Assembly: GCA_010015805.1 (NCBI GenBank)
Contig: ML978122.1
Coordinates: forward strand, 1,708,453 to 1,772,452
DNA length: 64,000 nucleotides
Source: Rhizodiscina lignyota
Lineage: Eukaryota
Direction of reading: 5' to 3'
A program made the translations under genes and the position numbers. Below, one piece after another: positions 11,479-23,347 of this stretch (position 1 is its first letter; each line of letters opens with the position of its first letter). The notes beneath the pieces were generated by a model. That model had not been told where the DNA came from and searched no databases. It was given only the letters and a program-made list of their open reading frames with translations.

Positions 11479-13514
11479 TCATACCTCCGTCTTAGGGTCC
11501 AATCGTGGAGATCTTTGCAAAGACTCTGTCAGTTGCCTGTCCATGATCTCCTTAACAAGCTCTTTCTTGTTAACTGTTACGATATCAGTCTGCGAACACA
11601 TCAACAATAGTGCAGTAACTTACTTTTCCCCATTGCGTTTCTGGGGATATGTCCTACAACTCTCATCTCCTGCGGAATCTTATAATTCGCCAATTTCTCC
11701 TTCAGCGCTCTTCTCATATCCATCGGCCCCCACCCTTTCCCCCTCCTACCACCCGTCTTCCCCTTTTCGCTCAGCACCACTACCGCCGCGACCTTTTGGC
11801 CCCAGTTTCCCGAAGGAAGCGCCACCACGGCACATTCCGCGACCTCCGGCAACGACAGCATCTCTCTTTCGACCTCAAGCGCCGAGACCTTCTCTCCGCC
11901 GGTCTTGATAATGTCGGCAGACTTGCGGCCTTGGATGAAAAACATCTTCCCTCTTGCCCAGTCGCCGCTCTTCCCCACGCCCGCACCATCGACAGAGCGT
12001 CGTACTGCGACATCACCAGTCTTGAACCATCTCCCCTTCCCATCCTCGTCTGCCGTGAATTCGCTCTCCGTCGCGTCAGGATTCCTCCAGTACTCCTTGA
12101 AAACCGTGGGGCCTCTTAATTGAATCTCGCCCAGTCTTTCCCTTCCCTGCGCATCCACCTCTTTACCCTCGCATATAACTTCCCCAGTATCTGAGTCTAC
12201 TAGCCGCGCCTCGACAAATGGCAGAGGCCATCCAACGCTCCCATCCACGCGGTCGGAGTTATCCAGGCCACAGGATAATGCCATGCCAACCTCCGTCATG
12301 CCATACCGCTCCAACAGTACATTTCCGCCACTCAACTCCGTCCACGCAGCCTTTGTAGGAGTGGGCAAAGCTGCGCTCCCCGAGATATTCAGCCTCAGGT
12401 TCTTCGGACTAATAGCCTCTCTGCTCGCTTTCTGCAGATCCTCTGACAGCTCCGGATGTGCCAGCATCAGCCTATTATATATCGTCGGCACGACGGTGAA
12501 GAACGTGATCTTTGGCTTTAGCGCAGGCTTCGGCTGGTGGTCGATTGTTTGCACAGGCAGGAAAGGAGCCGCGAGGCGTGACCAAGCGGCTTCGACGGAA
12601 AAGGGGAAAAGGAACTCGGTTGTGGAGCCCGCAAATAGGGGTGTGAGTAGCGCGTTGACGGTACCGTGGATATGGTGGAGTGGGAGGACATGGAGGAGGC
12701 GGTCGGTGGTAGAATAGTTCCATGCTTGGAGGAGTGAGAGGCACTGTGCGGTTAAGGCGGAGAGGGGAAGTAGAACGCCTTTCTGTAATAGTGTCAGAAA
12801 CGATAGGCGATTGATGAACATGGGGACTTACGGGACGCGAGGTGGTTCCAGAAGTATAGAGCATCATGCCGGCAGATGTGCTGGCGCAATCCTCTAGTGC
12901 GACTGGTGTAGAGTTCGCGCTCCCTTCGAGTCGCTTTTGTATCATATTGAAGATTGGCTTTAGCTCCAGATCCCCTGATACCACATCTTCTGCCTTGCTC
13001 TGGAATTTGGAGGAAGAAAGTAGCATCATCGACTGGCTCTGATCGATTATGTATCGCAATTCCGAGGCAGGAAAGGCGGGCGACAATGGCACTGCAATGC
13101 CATGATTTGCAATGACGGCGAGGAGAGTCACTAGTCTTTGTCAATTCTCCGCTCAAATGCGCCAGATCTGATCCAAGGACATCATCGCTGCTGCGCACCT
13201 ACATAGTCGTAGCTGTTCTCAATCAAGAAAGCTATCCTCTCGCCCTCCAGACTGGCTCCTCTGCTCTCTTGCCGCAGCCGCTGTTTCGCATCCACAACAT
13301 CTTGTACCAAGTTTCCATATGTAAATGAGCGTCCAGAGAGCGAATGTACGACTGCAGTGCGATTCGGGTCGTGTCGTGTGATCGCCTCGAATATCGGCAA
13401 TCGGGGGAGGGTATGCGCCATTCGAATGGCAGCCGCTCTCCTCCAGGCGCAAGAGGTAGGGACAGTGTATACAGCTCGTTTCGCGACTCTGAAGGCCGTC
13501 GAGATATGTCGCAT
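11479..13514 (-). CDS. AMP-binding acyl-CoA synthetase, malonyl-CoA synthetase (ACSF3/MatB)-like; 4 exons
   Basis: MMLYTSGTTSRP|KGV, LPLHHIHG, LLERYGMTEVGM, WFKTGD, GRKSADIIKTGGEKVSALEVE, PRNAMGK|INKKEL. Arg-rich N-terminus resembling a mitochondrial presequence. Confidence 0.85.
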
Positions 13515-13866
13515 TACTGGTTAGAGGGGAGGCGTAAAAGGGGAGAAGTGATATGCGCGAGGCTCATGGATAAGCCTGGTCCGGAAGTGCGCGAGCGAAA
13601 TGAGGGCGTCAGACGCGTGCTGCACGTCATCGGAGCATGCTTCGCGATTCCAAAGACAAGCGCAGATCGAGTTGCACGGCGTCTTGAGCCTCAATTGCTT
13701 GTTTCCTCGACCCTTGCTCCTGGTGCTGTGAAGATTTTGGTACTGGGATGTGGGATCTCTAGAGCTCCAGCTATCCTATCCGGCCAATCAAATCTCGCGC
13801 TGTTCCGCAGCTCTCCTCCGCAAATACTTCGTCCAGATTATTCTCACGAAGCTCACCTTTCCATCA

Positions 13867-14472
13867 ATGCTGCGCCTTGTAAGCGGTCGACTACCGCTTC
13901 GGAGAGCTATGTCCAGTATGGCTCAATCCATGACGCCAGTGGAAGACGCAATGCGCGCAAAGGAAAGCTGTCTCCAACTCAAGACATTGCCTCCGAGTCC
14001 TCGTTCTAACAGGAGAATGCAGTACAGATCACTGAAGCCCTGAAGCCGACGACGTTGGAGATATATAATGACTCAGCCATGCATTCGCATCACAAAGCTA
14101 TGCAAGGGGTTACATCGAAGGAGGTAGGTCGCCGGATTGCAGACATCCATCTATTACTATCGGAAGTTGACTATATCTAGACACATTTCCGGTAATTATC
14201 CTCCTGAGACGTCGATTGGTACCAGTAACAGCAAATAACCTCTTGGAAGTGCTGTCATAACCTCCTCTGCCTTCGCATCGAAGCCTCAGCCGGCGCGACA
14301 TCGAATGGTGTACGGTCTCCTGAAAGATGAGATGGCGGCCGAGGGTGGCATCCACGCGCTCCAGTTACGGACAAGGACACCAGAAGAGGATGAGAAGATC
14401 AAGGCAAGGGAAGCAGAAGAAGCAAAGGCCAGAGGAGAGGCTGTTGAGGTAGCAGAGGTGGAGAATCGGTGA
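13867..14472 (+). CDS. bolA: BolA-family protein (mitochondrial Bol1-like); 4 exons including an 11-nt micro-exon (14181-14191)
   Basis: Spliced TPVEDAMRAK|ITEALKPTTLEIYNDSAMHSHHKAMQGVTSKE|THFR|AVITSSAF...ARHRMVYGLLKDEM...GIHALQLRTRTPEE is the classical BolA signature. Confidence 0.85.
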
Positions 14473-15592
14473 CAAGAAACTGGGCGCTGAGCAAGAAGAG
14501 ATGGAAAAGGAGTAAGACCACACACTTGTCTTAGCCCTCTCAACATGAGCATGGAGTCGGCCATTCGATATAGAGTACCTGTCTCAGGAGCACCTCCGCA
14601 ACGCTAAAGCTCTGAGATAGCTGCGTCAAGAAATGTTACGCCTTTGGTATCGGATACTGCAAGGGATGCACTCTGCGCTTCGCCAAACGCTCTCATATTG
14701 CTATGGGAGTTGTAAATACGGGATCCAATAAATATGCCAATTCCATCACTCGGTCCTCTACACGTGCGGCTCGAGATTCGCGCCTCGGGCACAAAATCGC
14801 GTCCAGGATGCCGGTCCTTCTGCTCGATAATCCGCCCGATCTGACGCCTCCTGCAGGGCGGCCACGATAGAGCTGGAATCTGTAGATGGGAGATCATGCA
14901 AGTTCCCGAAGTCTATCTCAACCTCACCACCACCTCCCTTCTAAATACCTTCAAATGGGCCTTTTAATTGAGATTCAGCGCTTACGGGAGATGCGGCCGC
15001 CTTACCGACGGTATGCGAGCGCCGTGCACTTAAGGTTTAGCGTTCGATCGCCGCCGTGAAGCCACCGCGTCACAATTACGACTACGCGCCCAGACACGAT
15101 GCAGATGCGCATGACCTCGATTTTTTGCGATGATCGAGAATTTGTCACGGAGCTGATGTCCATCGCTGTTATGCGCAGATGCGCGGAATGGCGAGAAACG
15201 AGGGCGAGAGATCATCTCAAAGGAGCAAAAGATAGGAAGGTAAGAGTCGTTTTATCGCCTTTGATGTTCGTCTCTCTGCCTCATTACAACATCCCGGCGC
15301 GGAATTTCGCCGTTAATACAAGAGTTCTTTCAGTGGTATCATGATCGTTTAATCCAAGTGCCAGCATTTTCCCAAGCGTCGTAATTTCTCCTCCAACCAG
15401 CGCTGATTTCCTTTCGCTGGTTTCTGACTCGCCCGCCGATGCGCGCTGCATGGGTCCAGCCACCCCCGCAGCCCCGCACTCTCACCTCCAAGTCCAAAGC
15501 TTCTCCGAACAAAGCAAAAGCTAAATCCACATGACTCCCGCGCCCAAACGCATGTATGACGTTTGCTGAAGAGGGAGTTACGTGTGTGTGTC

Positions 15593-16672
15593 TTAGACGG
15601 CCTGGTCCGCGCGCGCCTCGCTGTTGTCGACCTTGTTGCGACGCTCGCGCCCTTTGTCGGACCAGGGGAAGTGGGCGACAGGGATGACGAAGAAGCTATA
15701 CACAATTTATAATCAGCACTCAACTCCACATATCTCGGATTACTTTGCGTGGGAAGCGGGTCGCGTACCTGTTGGACGAGTCGGCGATACCAGCCAATGC
15801 GTTGTACCACGCGGCGAATGCTGCGAGGATGCCGAATGCGCCTCCGGCCTTGATGCAGCCGGTATTGGGGGCGCCGCCTGAATGCTGGAGGTACCCGATT
15901 CCGAGCATCAGGAAGGCCATGTCGAGCGTGAAGAAGAGGAAGAAGAACGCGACTGTCGAGCGAAGCGTGCAGATGACCAGCAGGAAGGTGAAGATGAACC
16001 AGCCCTGTGTGACCTTGTCAGATTGCGAAATTCCGAACGAGTGGAGTGGAGAATCTCATACCATCAGATAGATGCCGAAACTGTCAAGGAACGGAGCAGA
16101 CGTAGGGCCTCCAAGACCCTCGACGATTGCGAAGCCGCCCGGAGTCAGCGCGATAGCGAACGAGATCCAGAAGCCACCGTAGGACGAGAGCGCCGTGGCA
16201 CCGAAAGTGTTCCCGACGGCCATCTCCCTTTTCAGTGTGTTACTATTTTTCAACATCGGGATTTTTTTATTGATATTGAAACTTACCACATGCCAGCGAG
16301 GAGCTGAACGAGACCGCCATAGCCGTAAGCGATCGCAATGACCATATTGGGCTCTCCAATCCCGCGATCTCCCATGTTGATGAGAGAGAGCACGAACGTG
16401 GTCAAGGCGAAGGCAGAGAGACCCAATGGCGCAGGGTTGGCGATGCCCTTCTTAGGCGCAGCGTAGAGACCTGGTTGAAACGCACCACCGAAGGCTTGCA
16501 AGCTCAACTCGGGGTTGTTGGTCGCGATATGAGCCAGGGGGTTGCCGCCATAGTCGTACGGCTTGCGCTGCTGTGGGTGACCGGCGCCGAGGCCAGCAGC
16601 AGTACCTTCACCATTGATGCCGCCTTCCTTGTTCAGCACATTGCCCGTCGCGGCGTGGTCCTGATGATACAT
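15593..16672 (-). CDS. acpA: GPR1/FUN34/YaaH (Ady2/AcpA-type) acetate/monocarboxylate transporter; 4 exons
   Basis: AFGGAFQPG, ANPAPLGLSAFALTTFVLS, YGGLVQLLAGMW|EMAVGNTFGATALSSYGGFW, AWYNALAG, FFVIPVAHFPWS. Confidence 0.92.
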
Positions 16673-18770
16673 TGTTAGAGAGTCTGATCACAAATTGGGT
16701 GCTTGTATTCTGGTGGTTTGGGGAATGCTAACTTGAGCGGTAGTCATTGTTTCGCGGAATTTAAAAGAACAATAAATATAGCGTTCCGCTGGCCGTGCGG
16801 CGTGTAATCTAGTGCAGCACTGCTGTTTTGTGTCAAGTCGGGCAAGACCTGGCCAGTAGATATGTCACTTTGGGAGACACAAAACCACGAGAGATGGGAC
16901 GGTATATGGGGGCTCGGAAAAATGGAAAGGCTGGAGGTAGGGCGGAGGATTCAGGGCAGTTATATGTATGCACTCATTGCTGAGCCGTCTGGCGGTGTCC
17001 AGATCCCAGTCATTCCCCTCGATGCTCTCATCACGCGCGAAAGGCACAGCTCTGTATGTGGAATGATTATTCAGGAAGCTGGCTGTGGGACAGCCCGATG
17101 GATGTGTCGTCAGAGCTTCCACAAACTACACCTCCCGGCGCGCTATATACCGATACTATGCCTCATTGTGCAATTGAATGACACACTTGGGGCATGGCGG
17201 TCGCCTTGGAGCAAGCGGACTGGCCGCTCGATGGAGCAGGAGATCTGTGATACGTAGTCGACCGGTTGATGTCGGCGGAGGAGCGATGCCAAAAGCAGAA
17301 CGAGACTCGAGATCGTGCGCACCTCTCTCCACACGCTACCGTCATCGGCGCCTGCAAGTGACCTGCACCTCTCCCAAATTCCCCAGTCCGCCAACTCCAG
17401 GCCCCGCAGAAGCATTTGCGCCGCCGGGAGCCTGCGGAGCTCCACTCAGACTGTGGGCAGCCGTTCATTCGCGCTCTGCGACACTCGACAAGAACCGCGC
17501 CCCAATCCACCAAGAAGCGGAAATGCCGGGGTGGCACGAGTGACAGGCCAGCATGCGACATCTGCTCCCGCACCTGATCGCAGGAGCTTCCTTCTACCGT
17601 CCTTCTGTCCTCGGCGTCTAGCAAACCGGCGGGCGCATCCTTGCGATGAGACGAGGGCCAATCTCTACGGCGCAGTGAGATATATTTTGCCTGAGCTGCC
17701 TGCTGTGGCTGCTCGAGGCCATGGTACCGAGTGCGGGAGTGGCCCTATCATGACAGAGAAGCTGGATCCATCCGTGTTGCTGCTATTCTGACCGCAGGTG
17801 TCGATACTCCAGGCATGTTGGCAAACCGCGCCGCGGCGCTTGCTGGAAGCTCGAGCACTGACCTCAGCGCGCGAAGACGCGCATTCAGGCAAAACTCGCT
17901 CCGCATTCTTTGCCTCATCGACGCCGTTATGGCGGAGCGGGGGTGTGCCCTGAACCTTGTCTGCCACGCTCGCCCACTTGCATGGCATGCGGGACGCGCG
18001 AACAGCCATTCGGCATTGCAAAGCGCTAGCTGGTGCCGTGGAGGCTGCCGTCTGGACTCGCTACGAACCCTGAACTCAAATTCTGGCCATCGCCATTCTC
18101 ACCTGTCCATCGTGTCATATTCATATAATCAATCCATTGCTCCACGGCCCGCTCTTCGCTCTTCCACAGGCCCGTACGAGCACCAAGGCCGGTCGACTAG
18201 TCCGCCGGTGGCCCGATCGTCGTCAAAGAGCACGTCCGTGCCGGGCAAATGGAACTTGGAATGCAGGTGACAAATGTGCCTATTCGCATTGGAGAGCCTC
18301 TCAGACGGGCTCTGCAAAAAGCAATAGATCAGTACAATCGTTCTGCCTGCCTGCCCTGCATTAGCAGCAGTCGTTTTAGAGTTCAGCCCCAGTAGCCTTT
18401 CGCGAGAGCTAGGGTGTGTGATTATTTCAGGCAGATCGTGAGAGAGACGACATGCATGCATTTAGCCGCCTACTTTTGCGCACTGTAGCTCACCATCCCG
18501 GTGGTGGGATTGATACTGCATCATTGACTCAACAGTATCCACGGTGTAAGAACCGCCCTCACACACGCCGAGATCCGACACTATTGATGTCAAAGAGATG
18601 GATCGGGATCCCACCGCATTGGCCGTAAGCTGAAGTCTGAGCCCGAGTCGGCGGGCCTGGCTCCTTCAGACACAACAACCCGCCAGGTGGAACATCTGGG
18701 GAAGCGCTTACGTCTCATAACCTTTTCATGATCTTCTCATGTGAGTTCTATCATCAAATCCTTGTCCATG

Positions 18771-21700
18771 TCATATCGCTCCCATGTTCCATACCTCCAT
18801 ACCGACCCCACAAACTAGTACTGCAGGGTTTTTTGCTGGATCTCGACCTCTCAGAATGTCCATAGCCGCAGCATCTGCTACAGGCGTAAAGCAGTTGGAT
18901 TCCCTTGTGATTTCGATGCCTTCTATTCCAGGCTTCTCTGTGTCAATGCAAAGCCTCCAGAGTTTGATCCTTTGATCGTTGCTGGCAGTGACGATCCTCA
19001 GCTGACGGCATTGACCACGGTGGGAGCCACACGCTTCTGATGTCTCTTCGCTTATCGCGATTTCACACGCTGTAACTGCTGCTGCATGCGCTCTTGGAAT
19101 CAATACGACATCAATCCCTAAGGATTCTTTGCGATCCTCATCTTTTAAAGCAGTTGCTGGCTGCTCGCGAACCAATGTTACGCCGAGTGCATTGTCGTCT
19201 CCGCCTGTCACACAGAGGTATGACGACGAAGTCAGTCTCGCAATACTCAGAGCTTTGATGGCGCTTTGGTGTATTCGTCTTCGGAGTAGCCATGTCAATG
19301 GCGTTGGAGTATTCTCTCTTTGAGCAACATCCAGAGGGGATTGAACCGTTCCTCTAAGATCTTTCAAATCCCAGACCGCGATCTGGCCATCGGTAGCTGC
19401 TGTGACCAAGAATCGATTGTCGGCAAAATACTCGACCTGCGTAAGACACGCAGAAAGGTATATTCCCGAATGGAGTAATTGCCACCCTGGCGTTGTTGGG
19501 TTGGAAATATATCGCCAAACCTAATCGTCGTCAGTGAACTATATTCTTTCATTTCGTCGCCGTTTCTCAATACAACCATACCTTTACACTCGAGTCCGAG
19601 AACACCATTGTGATAATATAAGTATCATTCTCTGCAGACAGTCCATCTACGCCAGACACTGAGCAAGTGCAGGAGCATGTCGTCACGGCGAAGCTCATGA
19701 CTCTTAGGTCCGGCACTGAACTTCCAAACGGACAGATTGCTTCGCCCACTACACCGACGCCGAGAACAGGGACGCTTTGAATGCGCCAAACGAAAAATTC
19801 CTCGAAGCCACCACAGCTGAAGAGCAGTGCGCCGTTCTCCGACCACTGCAGATGTTGGACGCCAGTGATGTGTTTACGCAACGTCGCGACGCATCGAAGT
19901 TCGTTTCGCCCACCGTCTGAACCGCTTTCGTAGGCAAACAGTCGAATATTCGTATCTTCGGCACCAGTGGCGATGAGATTAGTGGTCTGTCCGCCGATCA
20001 GAGGAATTGGGATAGGCGAGACAGCACAAGCTTTGATCTCACGTCCATGACCCCCAGTCTGAATGACCCGATACGCAGAGCTGCTCGTGGAATGAACATA
20101 CAACCGCCCGGCTTTCGTCCACACGAATGTCCCTCCGACTACCTCTTCCTCACTCGCAGGGGACGATTCTCGTCTAAGGAATGTCCAATTCCGATGTGCG
20201 CCACCGCAATCCACAGCCATAACCGTACGATTGCTTACGATATTGTGTACAACGAACTTCGTACTATGGAACCCGTAGACCAAGAGCCTTCCTAGAGCAA
20301 AATTAACATCAAGGCCTTCGAGGTTTGGGCCGAATGGAAGAGCAAGACAGTGAACCAGAGTGCAGTTCGACAAGCTTTCCGCAAACTGATACACTTTAAG
20401 AAATCCATCGCGGCCAGCGGCGAATAGCCAACCGAAAGGAATCGACTTCGCGTTCGGCCTTCTAGGCACCCAAGACAGTGCTGTGATAGCCTCTCCCAGG
20501 CCAGAGATATTGACGGCTGCGTCTTTCGAGCCCTGAAGCTCCAGAGCAAGAATATTCCCTTCTCTTGCGCCGAGAAACAGGATCTCCTTGCTGTCATCGG
20601 TGCTTACCAGCAGTGCACTAGTGACGACGAGTGGTATATAGGCTGTTGGAATATCGATGACCACTTCTCGTCTGGTCTTGAGCTGCGCTGACTCCCCATC
20701 TCTCGCAACGGTGCAATGCATATGCTTGTCCCTTCCCAAGCAAGTGACGACAAGGTCAACACAGGATACCCCATAGGAGTCTTTCCGAAGCTGTGCAAAC
20801 AAACCAGCAACTTTACCTTCGGCAGCTGTGACTTCAGTGATGAGACCCGAACGGTCATCGTAGGCGAAGACGCGACCGGTGGACCCGGCGAAGAAGGCTA
20901 CATTCGCTTCTGGAACAGATACGACGATGGCATATCCTTTGATGTCTTCGAACGTGCCTAGAGACTTCCAGGATACCGCTCGACCATTGAGTGGCAACTG
21001 AACGAGATTGACATTGCCGTTATGTGTGGTAAGTAGCAAAGATGTACGAGTTACGAAGGCGTAGCATCTGAATGCGTCTGTACCCGACTTTCGCCCTCTT
21101 TTCTGTGCCGCATGGGCTGTCAGAGACTTGTCCTTCAATCCGGCATCTAATAGTTCTGGTAAAGGAGGTGTGGGGATGCTATCATTTCCATAGCTGAATT
21201 CGATCGCATTCGAGACAGCCACGTCCGCATTCAGCACTATACGATCAATTATCTGGCCGTCCACCGCACCTGTCAAGGCATGAGTCGCGCCGCTACCGTC
21301 TGTGAAGGTCGCAAGGGCCCATATATTCTTCCCGTCGTGTCCGCCGAACGTCTCCGCATGTTGCAATTGATACGTCGAGCCACTGGACGGAATTTCGAGA
21401 TGTTTGTGTCGACTCAGTGCCCAGCGCTGGCACGTCGCATCTTCACCCACGGAGATGATATTTAGTTTCGCCTCTGAGCTATCCGTCGCCTTTGCTGATA
21501 CGAATCGTACATTCCAGATGCGGGAGAGGTGGCCCATAGCAACTGCTAGAGGTTGTGAGGCACGTCCGACGGAAGCAGGAGCTGTAAGTTCAGAATTTAA
21601 GAATCCAGTATGATGGCCAGAGTTGGCATTTGGTGTTCCGTTTGGTGTGACTTCAGTGGACTCGTCTTCCACGCCAGAAATATCCCATATCCGGATCGTC

Positions 21701-22483
21701 CTGTCGTCGCTACAGCTCGCCAGAAGTCTCCGTGGAAATGCACTCTCATTTCCGGAGAGATGATTCGATATGTGCACACCGAAAATTGATCCCTCATGCC
21801 CTGTGAATACATAATGCTTAACACATGCAGCGTCGCTAAGCTGGTTGAAATCGAACGACCACACAATAATCTCGCCAAAAGCTGTACCTGCGGCGACGAG
21901 AACCTTTGAGACGGAGAGCCATGAGATGTTTGCTGAATATAATATACCTCGTGACCCACTCGTGAGAGGTCTCAAACTGAAGTCTTCTGAGGAATTGCCG
22001 TTTCCGTCGAGTGAATAGAGAGCGTTGTGTGCGGTGATCAGCACCGCAACGCTTTGCGTGTTTCCATCGCTCTCATCGCTTGGAGGACAAGATGTGAAGG
22101 AAATATCAAAGATCCAGTCCGGAGCTTTAATGATTTGTCTCGGGAGCTTTACGGAGAGTTTACAGCCTTGCTCGCTCTCTTTCACTTGAAGCTTGACGTG
22201 TCGCACTAGGCGGCCACCCCAAATAAGAGCCGATTGATCAAGCCCAGAATCATTTCTTATGACGATCCCATGAATGGTCTGATCTGCGAAGACCCGCTCA
22301 GAGTAAACGATGTTCGATGTTCCGTATTCATAGATGCGAAGATACTGGCCATACGCGGCGAGCACAAAACCTCGAAAGAGTGCAAGTGCAGTTACCGGGG
22401 CGAGGAGGTGTCCATTCTAAAACTGCGTGTCAGCATGATTCGTTAAATGGCAATGTAGTTCAAACCTGAAGCGCCTGGTTCAT
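18771..22483 (-). CDS. RTT10: WD40-repeat protein Rtt10/Trm734/WDR6; 3 exons
   Basis: GHEGSIFGV, SCSDDRTIRIWD, GHLSRIW, VGEDATC, GHDGKNIW, VDCGGAHRNW, HGREIKA, ATGAEDT, TGGDDNAL, AHAAAVT are WDR6/Rtt10 motifs. The 5' micro-exon at 22483 is inferred. Confidence 0.85.
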
Positions 22484-23347
22484 TGAAGGAAATGGCAGAC
22501 AGATGATGTTGTCGAATATTCATGTCTCACACCAGGATCAAAAATTGAAGTCTCCGGATAGCATGTTTTACGTAAGCACGCAAAGGTCACGGACTCCAAG
22601 CTATCGTGAGAAGATTGATCTGAAGTCTTGAAATGCTTTATTATTAAGATTACTATCCTTCATCATGTCTCAGCTATTAATACATGGAGCGAGATTCGCA
22701 CACTCGACTCTAAACTACATCCCCAGCAGTCCATCTCGTGGCACTGGCCAGTTCCACTACTTCAAGTCCATTTTCAGTCTTTCCATAACGCAAGACAGTG
22801 AAGAACGCTCCGGCCTTCTAGCTTTCGCGGATATTCCTCGAGTTGCAAGACCCGGCCAAGCTGTAACGCCTAATGGCGATCAGCTCTTACACTTTGAGAT
22901 AAGTGCGACTATCTCCGAAAGCCCAGTTGTATGTTCTTTGGAATGTACCAAACAATAGCGAGCTATTGTAAACTTGTTGCACTTTATTAATTTTAGAGCT
23001 AGACATAGTCTCTTTTCAATGTCTTGAAAGCTGTGGTCGATTTTTTGTCACCCTCGAGCCAGGAAAGGAGCAACAGAAGCGGGCTTTTGTCCCCGTCGCC
23101 CGTCGCCCGTCGGACGTGTTGTTGGTAAGGAGTCGTATGATGGCACTCCTTTTGGGAATAAAGAGAATCTCCCCTTATCGTGAATGCAAGTCGGGTAAGA
23201 AGTGTTATCGTCCAAAATTCGAGTATAAGCTAATAATGTTGTACGATTGTTGCCAACCGGTTGTCCAGTAGGCGTAGGCCGCTACGGTGATAAAAATGGA
23301 CTATACCAATATAGTGTGATGAGCGAGAGCGAGTGCTGCGATGCTGT

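Noticed and set aside
14600..15344. Short ORF fragments between bolA and the transporter
   Set aside because: Stop-interrupted, with no coherent exon chain or recognisable domain.
5629..16672. Secondary metabolite cluster (SDR, transcription factor, acyl-CoA synthetase, transporter)
   Set aside because: No PKS, NRPS, terpene synthase or RiPP precursor is present, and the genes look like housekeeping orthologues.
16862..18461. Many overlapping ORFs in the GC-rich region upstream of the acetate transporter
   Set aside because: Arg/Cys/Ala-rich random-looking translations on both strands; most likely an extended promoter.
23093..23113. CCCGTCG x3 microrepeat
   Set aside because: Too short to interpret.
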